This document shows, piece by piece, positions 21,956-31,727 of a stretch of 64,000 bases of DNA (position 1 is the stretch's first letter; each line of letters opens with the position of its first letter). Both the position numbers and the translations under genes were made by a program. The stretch is taken from the NCBI GenBank assembly GCA_964011275.1, contig CAXGOB010000018.1, positions 2,951 to 66,950 of the forward strand, read 5' to 3'. This DNA is from an uncultured Saprospiraceae bacterium (GTDB taxonomy: Bacteria > Bacteroidota > Bacteroidia > Chitinophagales > Saprospiraceae). The notes under the pieces are model-generated. The model saw nothing but the letters and a program-made list of their open reading frames with translations, was not told where the DNA came from and did no database searches.

Positions 21956-22286
21956 CAAATGTATAAGGGTTGAATCTGTGTCTTTTTTATTTTTGTTCGT
22001 CTAAATGGTATAAGATTGGTACGGTTTTCTCAATGTATTAGATACCAAGAAGATCTCTGAAAGATAGAGGTCTCAATAAATTGAAAAAATGGACAAAGAA
22101 AATTTCGACATATTATGGTATGTTGGAATATGACATAACGAATCCTTCGTTAAACTAGTATATCATATGTTAAATATAATACTGATAGGCTAAAAATTTC
22201 GTGGATTTTTGCGTGGTATGCTAGGTTATGTTAAATTTGTCTTAAAGATATATTTCAAAGTATACCTTTTTCATGATGACGTTTTT

Positions 22287-22317
22287 GCCTGATCTGTTGT
22301 GAGGTCAGGCTTTTTTT
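22287..22317 (+). terminator. rho-independent terminator with no annotated upstream gene nearby
   Basis: GCCTGATC-TGTTGTGA-GGTCAGGC hairpin followed by TTTTTTT. The nearest plus-strand CDS ends 330 nt upstream. Confidence 0.6.
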
Positions 22318-22327
22318 ATGCCTCATA

Positions 22328-23398
22328 CTAAAATTCCACAGCTATATTAGCCATATTTCCTGATTGTATTATTTCGTGTAATTCATCTTTTAATGCAGTT
22401 CCTCTTTCGGATATTTCAGTCCAATACTTTGCTCTGCCATCTTGATCTTCACCAAATTCTAGGAAGTCATCTCTTGAACTAATTTTACCTTTTGGTAGTG
22501 ATCTTACATATTCAGCGCTAGGGTGCACCATGATCACATTGCTCAAGTCTTCTCCTTTGGCTCTTCTGTATTTTAATGATTTATCCATCCAGCCAGGTGC
22601 TAAGTCAGGAAAAAAATGAGGCATTAATACTAGTCCCTCTTGATAATAAGGCAAGACCATATGATAATCAGTAAGACCTCCATCCCAAAAGGTATTGTGC
22701 TCTTGTCCATTTACAGATTGGACTCCATTCATCACAAGTGGTATAGCCGCTGTGGCCATGAGGACATCTCTGAATTTCTGCTGATCTAATTGGACAAGGT
22801 CTGTTGAAAGCACTGATTTTGACTGATCAAATGGCATTTCCATCTGAGTAGAAAAGATATAACGATCGAATGAAAGCCCAATTAATTTTCTGCTTAGTGC
22901 ATTAGTTAAGAAATTGAAAAGTAATCCTGGATATACATTATATTTTGATGTGCCTCTTAAAATTCCTTTTCCTCGAGCGGCAAAAATGTTTAAATTGACT
23001 TTTTGATTATTAATAATGAAGGAAATGTCATCATCAGTAATTGTTTTCAATAGTGTGGAATGACATCCTCGGCTTATCTCATCCGTTGTAATAGGCATTT
23101 GATAAACTTCATCAGCATATCTATCCCTTAGTCTTTGTAGTGCAGGACCTGGATTAGACGTTGACATACACGCCATTTGCCATCCACCTACTGAAGAACC
23201 TAAAAGGTTAATTTTTCCTTCGGTAAATGGAAGTATATGTTCTGCTATATAACGCGTAAGATGATAAATGACAAACCATTTGGGACCTCCTGCTGCTGCT
23301 GATATTGCTTTTACATCTTTAGGGTTAAATCCATTTTTCTTGAGATGTTTTAATGCTTTTGGCCCTGCCTTTATAACTAAATTATTGTTTTGACTCAT
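22328..23398 (-). CDS. patatin-like phospholipase family protein
   Basis: 356 aa. Has an oxyanion-hole-like AAAGGPKW, the GxSxG nucleophile block GSSVGG, and the catalytic-dyad DGG motif (FWDGGLTDY). Confidence 0.6.
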   Translation of the reverse strand: MSQNNNLVIKAGPKALKHLKKNGFNPKDVKAISAAAGGPKWFVIYHLTRYIAEHILPFTEGKINLLGSSVGGWQMACMSTSNPGPALQRLRDRYADEVYQMPITTDEISRGCHSTLLKTITDDDISFIINNQKVNLNIFAARGKGILRGTSKYNVYPGLLFNFLTNALSRKLIGLSFDRYIFSTQMEMPFDQSKSVLSTDLVQLDQQKFRDVLMATAAIPLVMNGVQSVNGQEHNTFWDGGLTDYHMVLPYYQEGLVLMPHFFPDLAPGWMDKSLKYRRAKGEDLSNVIMVHPSAEYVRSLPKGKISSRDDFLEFGEDQDGRAKYWTEISERGTALKDELHEIIQSGNMANIAVEF

Positions 23399-23501
23399 TC
23401 TAAAAATAATCGAACCTGATCAGTTATTCAAAAGACCGAAAGATATTGTAAAATCGATTATTAGTAAGAGATACAGCTTTAATTACTATTTTGCTTTCCT
23501 C

Positions 23502-24395
23502 ATGCACGAAGTGGACCAACTGATAGTTAATTTTAATGAGGATTCAGCTTTTATCTTGAATTTGAGCCTTGGTGTTATAATGTTTAGCGTCGCTCTTGGC
23601 CTCACTTTAAATGATTTTAAGCGAGTAATAAAAAGCCCTAAATCAGTAGTATTAGGTCTTTTTTCTCAGTTTTTCTTGCTCCCGCTTATTACATTTTTAT
23701 TGATCATTTTGATAAACCCCGTTCCTAGTATTGCCTTAGGCATGTTTATGGTGGCCTCTTGTCCAGGAGGTAATGTTTCTAATTTTATGTCTTCTGTAGC
23801 AAAGGCAAATGTGGCATTGTCTGTGAGCTTATCTGCTGTTGCCACTGCTTTGGCGGTATTTTTAACACCATTAAATTTTGCATTGTGGTCAGGACTATAT
23901 GAACCTACTTCTGGGTTTCTATCAGATATTAATGTTTCTAAATGGGAGATGGTAAGAACGGTATGTATCATTATGGGATTGCCTCTAATACTCGGAATGT
24001 GGTGTAGAAGTAAATTCTATAATTTTACTTTATGGATTGAGAAACCAATTCGAATAATTGCATTATTAATTTTTGGCGTTCTAGTAGTTACAGCACTTTA
24101 TCTCAACTTCGATGCATTTTGGGCTAATCTTTACTATGTTTTGTTTATAGTTTTAGGTCATAACTTTTTGGCATTTTTTACCGGTTTTTCATTGGCTAAA
24201 GGTTTTCAACTACCATGGAAAGATGTGAAGTCATTAACAATAGAAACTGGGATTCAAAACTCTGGATTGGGACTACTTTTGATTTTTACATTCTTTAATG
24301 GATTAGGTGGAATGGCATTGGTCGCAGCATGGTGGGGTATATGGCATTTGATCTCTGGTTTGAGTCTTTCATATTATTGGAAAAGTAGAGTATAG
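23502..24395 (+). CDS. bile acid:sodium symporter (BASS) family transporter
   Basis: 297 aa polytopic protein with the ASCPGGNVSNF signature and GIQNSGLG. Confidence 0.85.
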   Translation: MHEVDQLIVNFNEDSAFILNLSLGVIMFSVALGLTLNDFKRVIKSPKSVVLGLFSQFFLLPLITFLLIILINPVPSIALGMFMVASCPGGNVSNFMSSVAKANVALSVSLSAVATALAVFLTPLNFALWSGLYEPTSGFLSDINVSKWEMVRTVCIIMGLPLILGMWCRSKFYNFTLWIEKPIRIIALLIFGVLVVTALYLNFDAFWANLYYVLFIVLGHNFLAFFTGFSLAKGFQLPWKDVKSLTIETGIQNSGLGLLLIFTFFNGLGGMALVAAWWGIWHLISGLSLSYYWKSRV

Positions 24396-24399
24396 GCAG

Positions 24400-25461
24400 A
24401 TGAAAACTCTTTTTTACTGGACAATTAGGAATCTTTGCAAAGTTGGAGCAAAGTTTTATTTTAGGAAGATTGAGATCAATGGCATGCCACAGATTCCTTC
24501 AGATGGACCAGTTATATATGCCCCGAATCATCAAAACGCCTTTCTTGATGCTATTTTAATAGGTGTGTTTTCTCCAAAACCAGTGGCGTTTTTCACACGA
24601 GGTGACATTTTTGTTCAACCTTATTTATGGTTTTTGAATGCATTGAATATGCTTCCTGTTTTCAGGGCAGTTGATGGATTCTCAATGGCGGCTCAAAATG
24701 ATAAAACATTTGATTTAGCAGTACAAACCTTGTTAAATGACAAACCACTAATGATCTTCCCTGAAGCAAATCATGATTATCCCTATACTTTAAGAACACT
24801 ATCTAAAGGAACAGCACGTATTGCTTTTGCTACTCAATCAAGATCTACTAAACCCGTTTACATAGTTCCAGTTGGTTTGAATTATTTTAGGCGACACTCT
24901 CCTCGTTTTAAGTTGATAATTAACTATGGTAAGCCGATTCCATTGAAAGATTATTCATCCCTTTATAAAGAGCATAAAGGACAAGCCTTGAGTGCAGTGA
25001 GGAAAGAGATGACTAATGTTTTAAAGAGTGAAATGATCATTCCTGATTTGGATGCAAATTATGAAGATACCGCAAGAATATTTAGTCGCAAGAATGAGAA
25101 CTTGACCTTTAAAGAATTACAAGAAAACCGGCAAACACAAATCAATAATGATGAAGTCTTATACGACGGTCTCAAAGCTGTTGTATTCTTTCTCAGCATA
25201 ATAAATTTTGTGCCCATCTTGCTTTCTAATTATTTAGTTTCTCTTTTTAAAGACCCTGTTTTTGAAGGTTCAATGAAGTTTGGTGTAGCAGCGTTATTCT
25301 GTCCTCTATGGTATGTCGGTCTTTTCTTCTTACTTGGATCAATTTGGAATTACAATATTTCCACTATAATTATTGCTATTTCTTTAGCACTATTATTTAT
25401 TAGACAAGAATTGAAAAGGTTATATACTGATACAGAGCATGTATTCATAACTAAATGGTAG
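24400..25461 (+). CDS. lysophospholipid/glycerol-phosphate acyltransferase (PlsC family) with C-terminal TM anchor
   Basis: 353 aa. Has the acyltransferase block I APNHQNAFLDA and block III IFPEANH, plus C-terminal hydrophobic helices. Confidence 0.75.
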   Translation: MKTLFYWTIRNLCKVGAKFYFRKIEINGMPQIPSDGPVIYAPNHQNAFLDAILIGVFSPKPVAFFTRGDIFVQPYLWFLNALNMLPVFRAVDGFSMAAQNDKTFDLAVQTLLNDKPLMIFPEANHDYPYTLRTLSKGTARIAFATQSRSTKPVYIVPVGLNYFRRHSPRFKLIINYGKPIPLKDYSSLYKEHKGQALSAVRKEMTNVLKSEMIIPDLDANYEDTARIFSRKNENLTFKELQENRQTQINNDEVLYDGLKAVVFFLSIINFVPILLSNYLVSLFKDPVFEGSMKFGVAALFCPLWYVGLFFLLGSIWNYNISTIIIAISLALLFIRQELKRLYTDTEHVFITKW

Positions 25462-25471
25462 AATAGGGCAT

Positions 25472-25948
25472 ATGAAGATTTTGTTATTCGCACCGGAGTA
25501 TAGACCTAATCTTTCTAATATGATTAGAACTGCCGAATTTTATGGTTTTAAAAAGATTTATATCTATGATAGGAATGGATTGATGAATCCTCCTTCTAAT
25601 AAAGTAAGTCGAGCTGATATGAATCACATGGCTAGAGTTTGGACGGCAGGGGCAATTGAACACATAGAAATTATAGTCGTAGATGATGTAGGAAGTTTTA
25701 TTACTGAACATCAAGGAAGATCAATTGCAACATTAGTATCTGAAGATGCTTGTTCGATATATCATTTTGAATTTAAAAAGAATGATTTGATTATTATGGG
25801 GCCAGAAAAAGAAGGGCTTCCTGATGACTTAATTACTATATCAAGTGATCAATTGTTCATTCCCAATAGAGGTAAAACAGACTGTTTAAATGTTTCAGTG
25901 AGTTTAGGAATTGTTATAAACGAGGCTATTAGGCAATTGTATTCTTGA
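25472..25948 (+). CDS. SpoU/TrmH-family RNA 2'-O-methyltransferase
   Basis: 158 aa. Has SPOUT motifs IIMGPEKEGLPDD and LNVSVSLGIVINEA. Confidence 0.75.
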   Translation: MKILLFAPEYRPNLSNMIRTAEFYGFKKIYIYDRNGLMNPPSNKVSRADMNHMARVWTAGAIEHIEIIVVDDVGSFITEHQGRSIATLVSEDACSIYHFEFKKNDLIIMGPEKEGLPDDLITISSDQLFIPNRGKTDCLNVSVSLGIVINEAIRQLYS

Positions 25949-26008
25949 TTAGTTCTGATGATGCATTCTTTATGTGAATTTTCAAAATTCATATTTCTTT
26001 TGAATTAA

Positions 26009-26668
26009 TCATGATCGTTTTAGAGTTTTGATATCAGCAATAAGTTGTTTGATATCAGCTTTGTTGAGACCATTATATATTCCTCTTATATGCTTTTGTT
26101 GATCTATTAATACAAAATTTTCTGTATGTAAAAAGTCATCTTCTTCCATTTCTAGCCCCATATCCTGTTCAACAAAGTAATCGAATCTACCTAGTCGATA
26201 TATTTCACTTCTTTTTCCAGTTACAAGATGCCATTTGTCGGCATTAATCCCTCTTTCAACAGCATATGTTTTTAGAATAGGTACAGAATCTCTTTTTGGA
26301 GTAACAGAATGTGAAAGAAGTCTTACCTCATCGTCATTTATGAATTCATCATGAAGGATGGCCATGTTTTGTGTCATCTTGGGGCATATGCCTGGGCAAG
26401 CCGTGAAAAAAAAATCTGTCACATATATCTTATTTTGGAAGGTGTTTTGGTCAATAGTGTCACCCAACTGATTGAATAATTCAAATGCGGATATTTTATG
26501 AAAATCAGATAATTCTCCATTGTCTGCCTCTATCCACTTTGGAGTAAAAGTAGCCTCGTCGTAATAGGGGAGAGATGCTACTCGACTATTGTTGACAATC
26601 TTTGAATTGCAAGAAATAAAAGACAATAATGCAATTATTATCCAAAAAATGTTATTCGTATTGTACAT
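26009..26668 (-). CDS. SCO1/SenC family copper chaperone (thioredoxin fold)
   Basis: 219 aa. Has a signal/lipobox (LSFISCNS), the CxxxC motif FFFTACPGICP and a conserved downstream His region. Confidence 0.85.
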   Translation of the reverse strand: MYNTNNIFWIIIALLSFISCNSKIVNNSRVASLPYYDEATFTPKWIEADNGELSDFHKISAFELFNQLGDTIDQNTFQNKIYVTDFFFTACPGICPKMTQNMAILHDEFINDDEVRLLSHSVTPKRDSVPILKTYAVERGINADKWHLVTGKRSEIYRLGRFDYFVEQDMGLEMEEDDFLHTENFVLIDQQKHIRGIYNGLNKADIKQLIADIKTLKRS

Positions 26669-27272
26669 CTTCTTTTTTTAGTTGATAACACAAGCTTGCT
26701 CTTTTTAAGCCAAAAGCTCTACCGTTCTTTGCTTCATAATTTATATACAGAATGCCATTTTCTCTCCATGCTTGTTGAAGTCCCTGTTCTTTTCCATTTA
26801 CAATGGTTGTTTTTTTAAATATCTGACCATTCGAGTACCAAAGTTTCTGGATTCCATGGGTAACTCCATTCACATAGTGTGACTCTTTGACTAATGTTCT
26901 GTAGGAGTGAGGAGACCATACTTTCAGAACTCCATCTAATCTGTTTTTCTTGTAAAATGCCTCTTTTCTAATAGTGCCATCTGGATACCAAAATTCTGCT
27001 TTCCCTTCCTTTCTTCCTTCATAATAGCCTATATTTTCGGACATTCTTCCATTTTCATGATGTGAAATGGATTGTCCAGAGAAGGGTACATTTCTATAAT
27101 ACCATTGACCCTTTTCTGGTATTAAAACTATTGAGTCTCTAGATATTTTAATATCAGGTACGATTGTATTGTACTCAACAGTTTTGCTGAAAGATTCAAA
27201 CAATGGACTTGAACCTAACCAGCAAACCATCAACAGAGTAGAGAAGTATTGAAAAATCTTAATTAATTGCAT
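26652..27272 (-). CDS. MORN-variant repeat (YwqK-like) protein
   Basis: Has repeated G-x-W-x-x-Y/W-x-x-G modules (GQWYYRN, FWYPDGT, KLWYSNGQ). The ORF is open to 27299. I prefer the Met at 27272 (MQLIKIFQYFSTLLMV..., signal-like). Both ends overlap the neighbouring genes. Confidence 0.6.
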   Translation of the reverse strand: MQLIKIFQYFSTLLMVCWLGSSPLFESFSKTVEYNTIVPDIKISRDSIVLIPEKGQWYYRNVPFSGQSISHHENGRMSENIGYYEGRKEGKAEFWYPDGTIRKEAFYKKNRLDGVLKVWSPHSYRTLVKESHYVNGVTHGIQKLWYSNGQIFKKTTIVNGKEQGLQQAWRENGILYINYEAKNGRAFGLKRASLCYQLKKEDVQYE

Positions 27273-28011
27273 TTGGAATTCCTTGATAATCTCCACCAAA
27301 AATTAGAATATGGGTACCTGTGTAAAATTCATTTATTATGTGATAATGATACTCAGATTCATTAGTGTGCTGAGTAACAGATGAATGCCCACCAGAAACA
27401 TCTAGGTCAGTGGGATAACCATTTGTAGCATGGCATTTTCTACCATAGATAAAAAAGCCATCTGCCATAATACCAACCAAATTTGTATCATTATTGCTAA
27501 GTGGAGAAGGTTCTAAATGATAATGATATACACCTGGACCTATATGTCCACCAGCATGATCAATACTCACAATAGCATTGGAAAGGGGGCCATTACCTTC
27601 TTCTCCGTTAAATATTGCAGCTCCACTTACAGATATTCCAATAGGACCAAGTCTGGTGGAACTGGTTGAGGCGGCTTTTTGAGGATCTGCAGATATCCTC
27701 AATGTAGCCGATGCATCAAAATTAGGAATAATGGAAGGTGTAGTATTAACATTTGGCTCATCTAGATACATCTCATGACCTTCACCCCAATAGGTGGTTG
27801 TGTGGTTAGGCATTCCATTTGTCTCTATTACAAATTCAGAACCGTCCATGTAAATATCTGTGTTGTTTTCATCGAACTCTGCAAATGCGGCATGGAGGGT
27901 GGCTTCTTGATCAGGATCTGTAATAGAAGGACCGCTGTCATTATCACTATTACATGATAACATACCAAATAAGGTGATGAGAATAAAATTGAAAAATATT
28001 GTGCCCTGCAT
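27259..28011 (-). CDS. YHYH-motif lipoprotein
   Basis: 250 aa. Has the lipobox GMLSCNS and two copies of the YHYH signature (GVYHYHLEP and SEYHYHIINE). Confidence 0.65.
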   Translation of the reverse strand: MQGTIFFNFILITLFGMLSCNSDNDSGPSITDPDQEATLHAAFAEFDENNTDIYMDGSEFVIETNGMPNHTTTYWGEGHEMYLDEPNVNTTPSIIPNFDASATLRISADPQKAASTSSTRLGPIGISVSGAAIFNGEEGNGPLSNAIVSIDHAGGHIGPGVYHYHLEPSPLSNNDTNLVGIMADGFFIYGRKCHATNGYPTDLDVSGGHSSVTQHTNESEYHYHIINEFYTGTHILIFGGDYQGIPNAIN

Positions 28012-28123
28012 AATTGTAGATTAATTCAGTTAAGGTGATTGGCAATTCGCCATATGCACTTTACAAAGACAGATAGCCTGACAGTATACTGAATTAATAG
28101 TTGAATTATTTGTTAAAATATTT

Positions 28124-28160
28124 TGAAAAAGAAAGGCCTTGAAACCATTGGTCCAAGGCC
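28124..28160 (-). terminator. rho-independent terminator of the GMC oxidoreductase operon
   Basis: On the minus strand there is a GGCCTTGG.ACC..GGT.TCAAGGCC-type hairpin (28135-28160) followed by a TTTCTTTTTC run, 63 nt after the stop at 28223. Confidence 0.6.
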
Positions 28161-28222
28161 TAATATTCTTATAGGAATAAGGTATATCGCTTCCTCATTC
28201 TAGAGTATCACATTCTCTTTCA

Positions 28223-28864
28223 TCAATGAGTCCAGGCCATTTGGCCTTCTGTCATCTCCATACATGGATTATAATCCCCAGGAATTGGATCATAAGCCAA
28301 AACTTCTGTGCCAACCTGTTCTGAGGTAAAATATCCTGCCATGATCAAACCCTTTAGCTCAGAATAGTAATGTCTGAATGACTCTGGCTCTTTTCTCTCC
28401 ATTGGTCCAGCTCTCACCGGTTCTTGATCTCCTTTATCTGCTTCTTTAGCTTTCATTGCCTCTCTTCTTGCTTCATTGGCACTATCTGCTTTGTCTTCGA
28501 GTGCTAATACTGCTTTTAACTTGTCATCCGTAGAAAGGCTCATAAATGAACCTCCTAAATCATTGCTTAAATTCTTTAAACCTGACAAAATGTGAGCTTT
28601 TTGATTAGGGCCAAAGGCATGAGCAATAACCTCATCCACAAATCTATGCGCTAATACATCTTTAGCGCCAGGAGTATCCGTAGCTGGAAGTATGGTTTCT
28701 CCTAACTCTGCAATCAATTCAATAGTGCTTTTATCAATTGCAGATGGCATCCACCCGGTTTCTGTAGGAGCTTTACAACCATTCATCACCGCTGCTATTG
28801 TACCGGCCGAGAGTGAATAACCTAATGCTAATCCAGTGTTTCTTAATGCTTCTCGTCTATTCAT
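28223..28864 (-). CDS. gluconate 2-dehydrogenase subunit 3-like small subunit with TAT signal
   Basis: 213 aa. Has the twin-arginine leader MNRREALRNTGLALG. Lies immediately downstream of the GMC flavoprotein. Confidence 0.7.
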   Translation of the reverse strand: MNRREALRNTGLALGYSLSAGTIAAVMNGCKAPTETGWMPSAIDKSTIELIAELGETILPATDTPGAKDVLAHRFVDEVIAHAFGPNQKAHILSGLKNLSNDLGGSFMSLSTDDKLKAVLALEDKADSANEARREAMKAKEADKGDQEPVRAGPMERKEPESFRHYYSELKGLIMAGYFTSEQVGTEVLAYDPIPGDYNPCMEMTEGQMAWTH

Positions 28865-28876
28865 AATTAGGTTATT

Positions 28877-30577
28877 TTAGATGTTATTATTCAATTGATT
28901 AGTGGCGTGACTAGCTGCTCTTGCAGTAAGTGCCATGTAAGTAATAGAAGGATTTTGACAAGCAGATGAAGTCATGCATGCCCCATCAGTGACATATACA
29001 TTAGGTACCGCATGAATTGCATTATCCCCATTCAGTACAGAGGTTTTTGGATCCCTGCCCATACGAGCTGTCCCCATTTCATGAATTCCAAGCCCTGGCC
29101 CTCCAATATCGCTATATGTTCTAATGTTCTTAAATCCTGACACTTCTAACATTTCAGCAGCATTATTAGCCATATCAGCTCTCATGGCCATTTCATTCTC
29201 TCTGAATTCGCAATCAAAAGTGACGGTAGGAACACCCCATTTGTCTAGCTTGTCGTAATTCAAATACATCTTATTTCTATGATCTGGGAGCATTTCAGCG
29301 AAAGCTGTCATACCCATTGACCATTTGCCTGGTTGCCCCATCATTTCTTTGAATTGAGGACCAGCTTTTAGTTCAGCTACCATGCTTCCCCAGCCACCTC
29401 TTCTTGCTCCTCCTTGATAACCCCAACCTCTTAGATAGTCTTTTTTGGATGCCTGGTCACCAAGATTAGTAGTCCTTGCTACATAAAACCCTGTCGGTCG
29501 ACGTCCTTTGTAGTACTTATCATCAAATCCATCTACTTCTGCACTTGCTCCGGTCTTGAAATGATGATCCATAAGGTTATGTCCTAATTCTCCACTGTCA
29601 TTGCCCATTCCATTTGGAAAACGTTCTGACTTACTGTTCAATAATATACTTGTAGAGGCAATTGCAGATGCACAAAGGAAGATCACTTTTGCGTAATACT
29701 CATAGGTTTCCTTAGTCTCTGTGTCTATTACATTTACACCAATGGCCTTACCTGAAGCATCATCATAGATTAATGAATGTACAATAGAGAAAGGTCTTAA
29801 TGTCATGTTTCCTGTGGCCATTGCTGCAGGAAGAGTAGAGGCTTGTGATGAAAAGTAAGCCCCATAAGGACATCCTCTTATACACCTGTTTCTATTTTGA
29901 CATTTTCCTCTACCGTTATGCGGTTGAGTAAGGTGTGCTGTCCTTCCAATAGTCATTGTCCAACCTAATGCCTTTTTGATTCTCTCTCTAGCATGTTGTT
30001 CGACACAGTTTAACTCAAAATTACCCATGAATTTTGCATCTGGTACTTGGGCTAAACCTTCATTCATTCCTTGAATACCAATAAATTGCTCTACATAATC
30101 GTACCAGGGCTCTATATCACTATACCTTATGGGCCAGTCTACTGCTACTCCGTCCTTTGCATTAGCTTCAAAATCCATTTCACTCCATCTATATACTTGT
30201 CTACCCCAAGTTATGGATCTACCACCTACGTGATAACCACGACACCAGTCAAATCGTTTGTCTTCATAGTACGGATGTTCGCTATCTTTAACAAACCAAT
30301 GCTTCGTTGCCTGGCTTGTAGTATATCCAGTTCTACTTTGCATTGGATAGTGTTCCATTTGTTCGGCATAATCACTTCTGCCACGCAATGGAAGATCCCA
30401 TGAGTCTAAACTTGCTGTAGGGTATTCTCCATGTTTGACATCTCTTCCTCTATCAAGAACCAAAGTTTTTAATCCTTTTTCTGTTAACTCTTTTGCAGCC
30501 CAGCCTCCACTTATTCCTGATCCTACAACTATTGCATCATAAGTTACTTCTGCTTCTCCTTGTGAATTGAATAACAT
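28877..30577 (-). CDS. GMC family FAD-dependent oxidoreductase
   Basis: 566 aa. Has the N-terminal FAD fold YDAIVVGSGISGGWAA and the C-terminal GMC active-site region GIHEMGTARMG / VTDGACMTSS. It has no signal peptide of its own. Confidence 0.85.
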   Translation of the reverse strand: MLFNSQGEAEVTYDAIVVGSGISGGWAAKELTEKGLKTLVLDRGRDVKHGEYPTASLDSWDLPLRGRSDYAEQMEHYPMQSRTGYTTSQATKHWFVKDSEHPYYEDKRFDWCRGYHVGGRSITWGRQVYRWSEMDFEANAKDGVAVDWPIRYSDIEPWYDYVEQFIGIQGMNEGLAQVPDAKFMGNFELNCVEQHARERIKKALGWTMTIGRTAHLTQPHNGRGKCQNRNRCIRGCPYGAYFSSQASTLPAAMATGNMTLRPFSIVHSLIYDDASGKAIGVNVIDTETKETYEYYAKVIFLCASAIASTSILLNSKSERFPNGMGNDSGELGHNLMDHHFKTGASAEVDGFDDKYYKGRRPTGFYVARTTNLGDQASKKDYLRGWGYQGGARRGGWGSMVAELKAGPQFKEMMGQPGKWSMGMTAFAEMLPDHRNKMYLNYDKLDKWGVPTVTFDCEFRENEMAMRADMANNAAEMLEVSGFKNIRTYSDIGGPGLGIHEMGTARMGRDPKTSVLNGDNAIHAVPNVYVTDGACMTSSACQNPSITYMALTARAASHATNQLNNNI

Positions 30578-30642
30578 ATATAGTTTTTAGTTTATATTTT
30601 AAATATTGATAATCAATGATTTATATTGTTTGTTTCGATTTT

Positions 30643-31503
30643 TCAAACATCACATATCGTAATCCCTTCTGCTAATGATATGAATGGATCTTTTCTTGTC
30701 GGAATGAACTCTTGAGCTACAAAACCATCAAAGTCTTCTAGATCAGCAATAGCATTCATTATAGCCGGATAGTATAGTTCTTGGCTTTCATTAATTTCAT
30801 TTCTACCAGGTACTCCTCCCGTATGGTAATGTGATATATATTTTGAATTTTCACGAATTGTTCTAATCACATCACCTTCCATAATTTGCATATGGTAGAT
30901 ATCATAAAGTAATTTAAATTCTTCCATACCCAGTTTCTCACATAGTGCTGCGCCCCAGGTAGTATGATCACACATATAATCCTTATGATCTACTTTACTA
31001 TTGAGGAGTTCCATGACAATTTTAATGTTGTGCTTCTTTGCCAATTTTACAACAGGATCTAATCCAATTGCGCAGTTTTCAAGTCCTGTCATATCATCCA
31101 TTCCATTTCTGTTGCCAGAGAAACATATGATTTGTTCTATTCCAAGATCAGCGGCCTTGGGAATGAGATCTGTCAAATCTGATAAAAGCTGAGCATGATT
31201 ATTAGTATCACAGAATCCCTTTGATATTCCAAGTGGACTTCCATTTGCCATACCTACTTGTAGTCCAGCTTTGACTACCATATCCCAGTTGTCTGGTCCT
31301 ATAATTTCAATAGATGAAATTCCAATATCCTTACACTTGTCAATCATTTCCTCCATAGGCACTCTACTGTAACACCATTTGCATACAGAGTGATTGATTC
31401 TTTGAGATATCGGCTTTTTTAACTTAGGAACTTGTCCTTCACATTGTATCATACTGCCTCCTGTAACTAATGCCATTGTTGATAGAACTTGACGTCGTTT
31501 CAT
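30643..31503 (-). CDS. xylose isomerase-like TIM-barrel protein (sugar phosphate isomerase/epimerase, hydroxypyruvate isomerase-like) with TAT signal
   Basis: 286 aa. Has the leader MKRRQVLSTMALVTGG, a TIM-barrel pattern with conserved E/D/H metal residues (VMELLN, YDIYHMQ, AQEF). Confidence 0.7.
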   Translation of the reverse strand: MKRRQVLSTMALVTGGSMIQCEGQVPKLKKPISQRINHSVCKWCYSRVPMEEMIDKCKDIGISSIEIIGPDNWDMVVKAGLQVGMANGSPLGISKGFCDTNNHAQLLSDLTDLIPKAADLGIEQIICFSGNRNGMDDMTGLENCAIGLDPVVKLAKKHNIKIVMELLNSKVDHKDYMCDHTTWGAALCEKLGMEEFKLLYDIYHMQIMEGDVIRTIRENSKYISHYHTGGVPGRNEINESQELYYPAIMNAIADLEDFDGFVAQEFIPTRKDPFISLAEGITICDV

Positions 31504-31727
31504 CTGGTGAATTCTTATGAGTTGGAAATATATAGATTTTTTGGGTTAATGAAAGAAGAGCTCTTTGATTAGAACAATAGAACAGGAGAATCTATTTGCT
31601 TTTTTCTCAAGATGGTGAAGATTATGGTTAAAATGCTAAAAGTCTTCACACATTAAATATGTACTGATTCTCCTATTCTAATTAGTGATTCTAAAAAGGA
31701 CAAGCTTTAAAATACTAAATTTAGTAG

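Noticed and set aside
25975-25991. Perfect AT-rich palindrome TGAATTTT-C-AAAATTCA between the convergent trmH-like and SCO1 genes
   Set aside because: A 1-nt centre cannot form a stable RNA hairpin loop, and there is no G/C content. It could be a weak bidirectional terminator or a chance palindrome in AT-rich DNA. Not reported as a feature.
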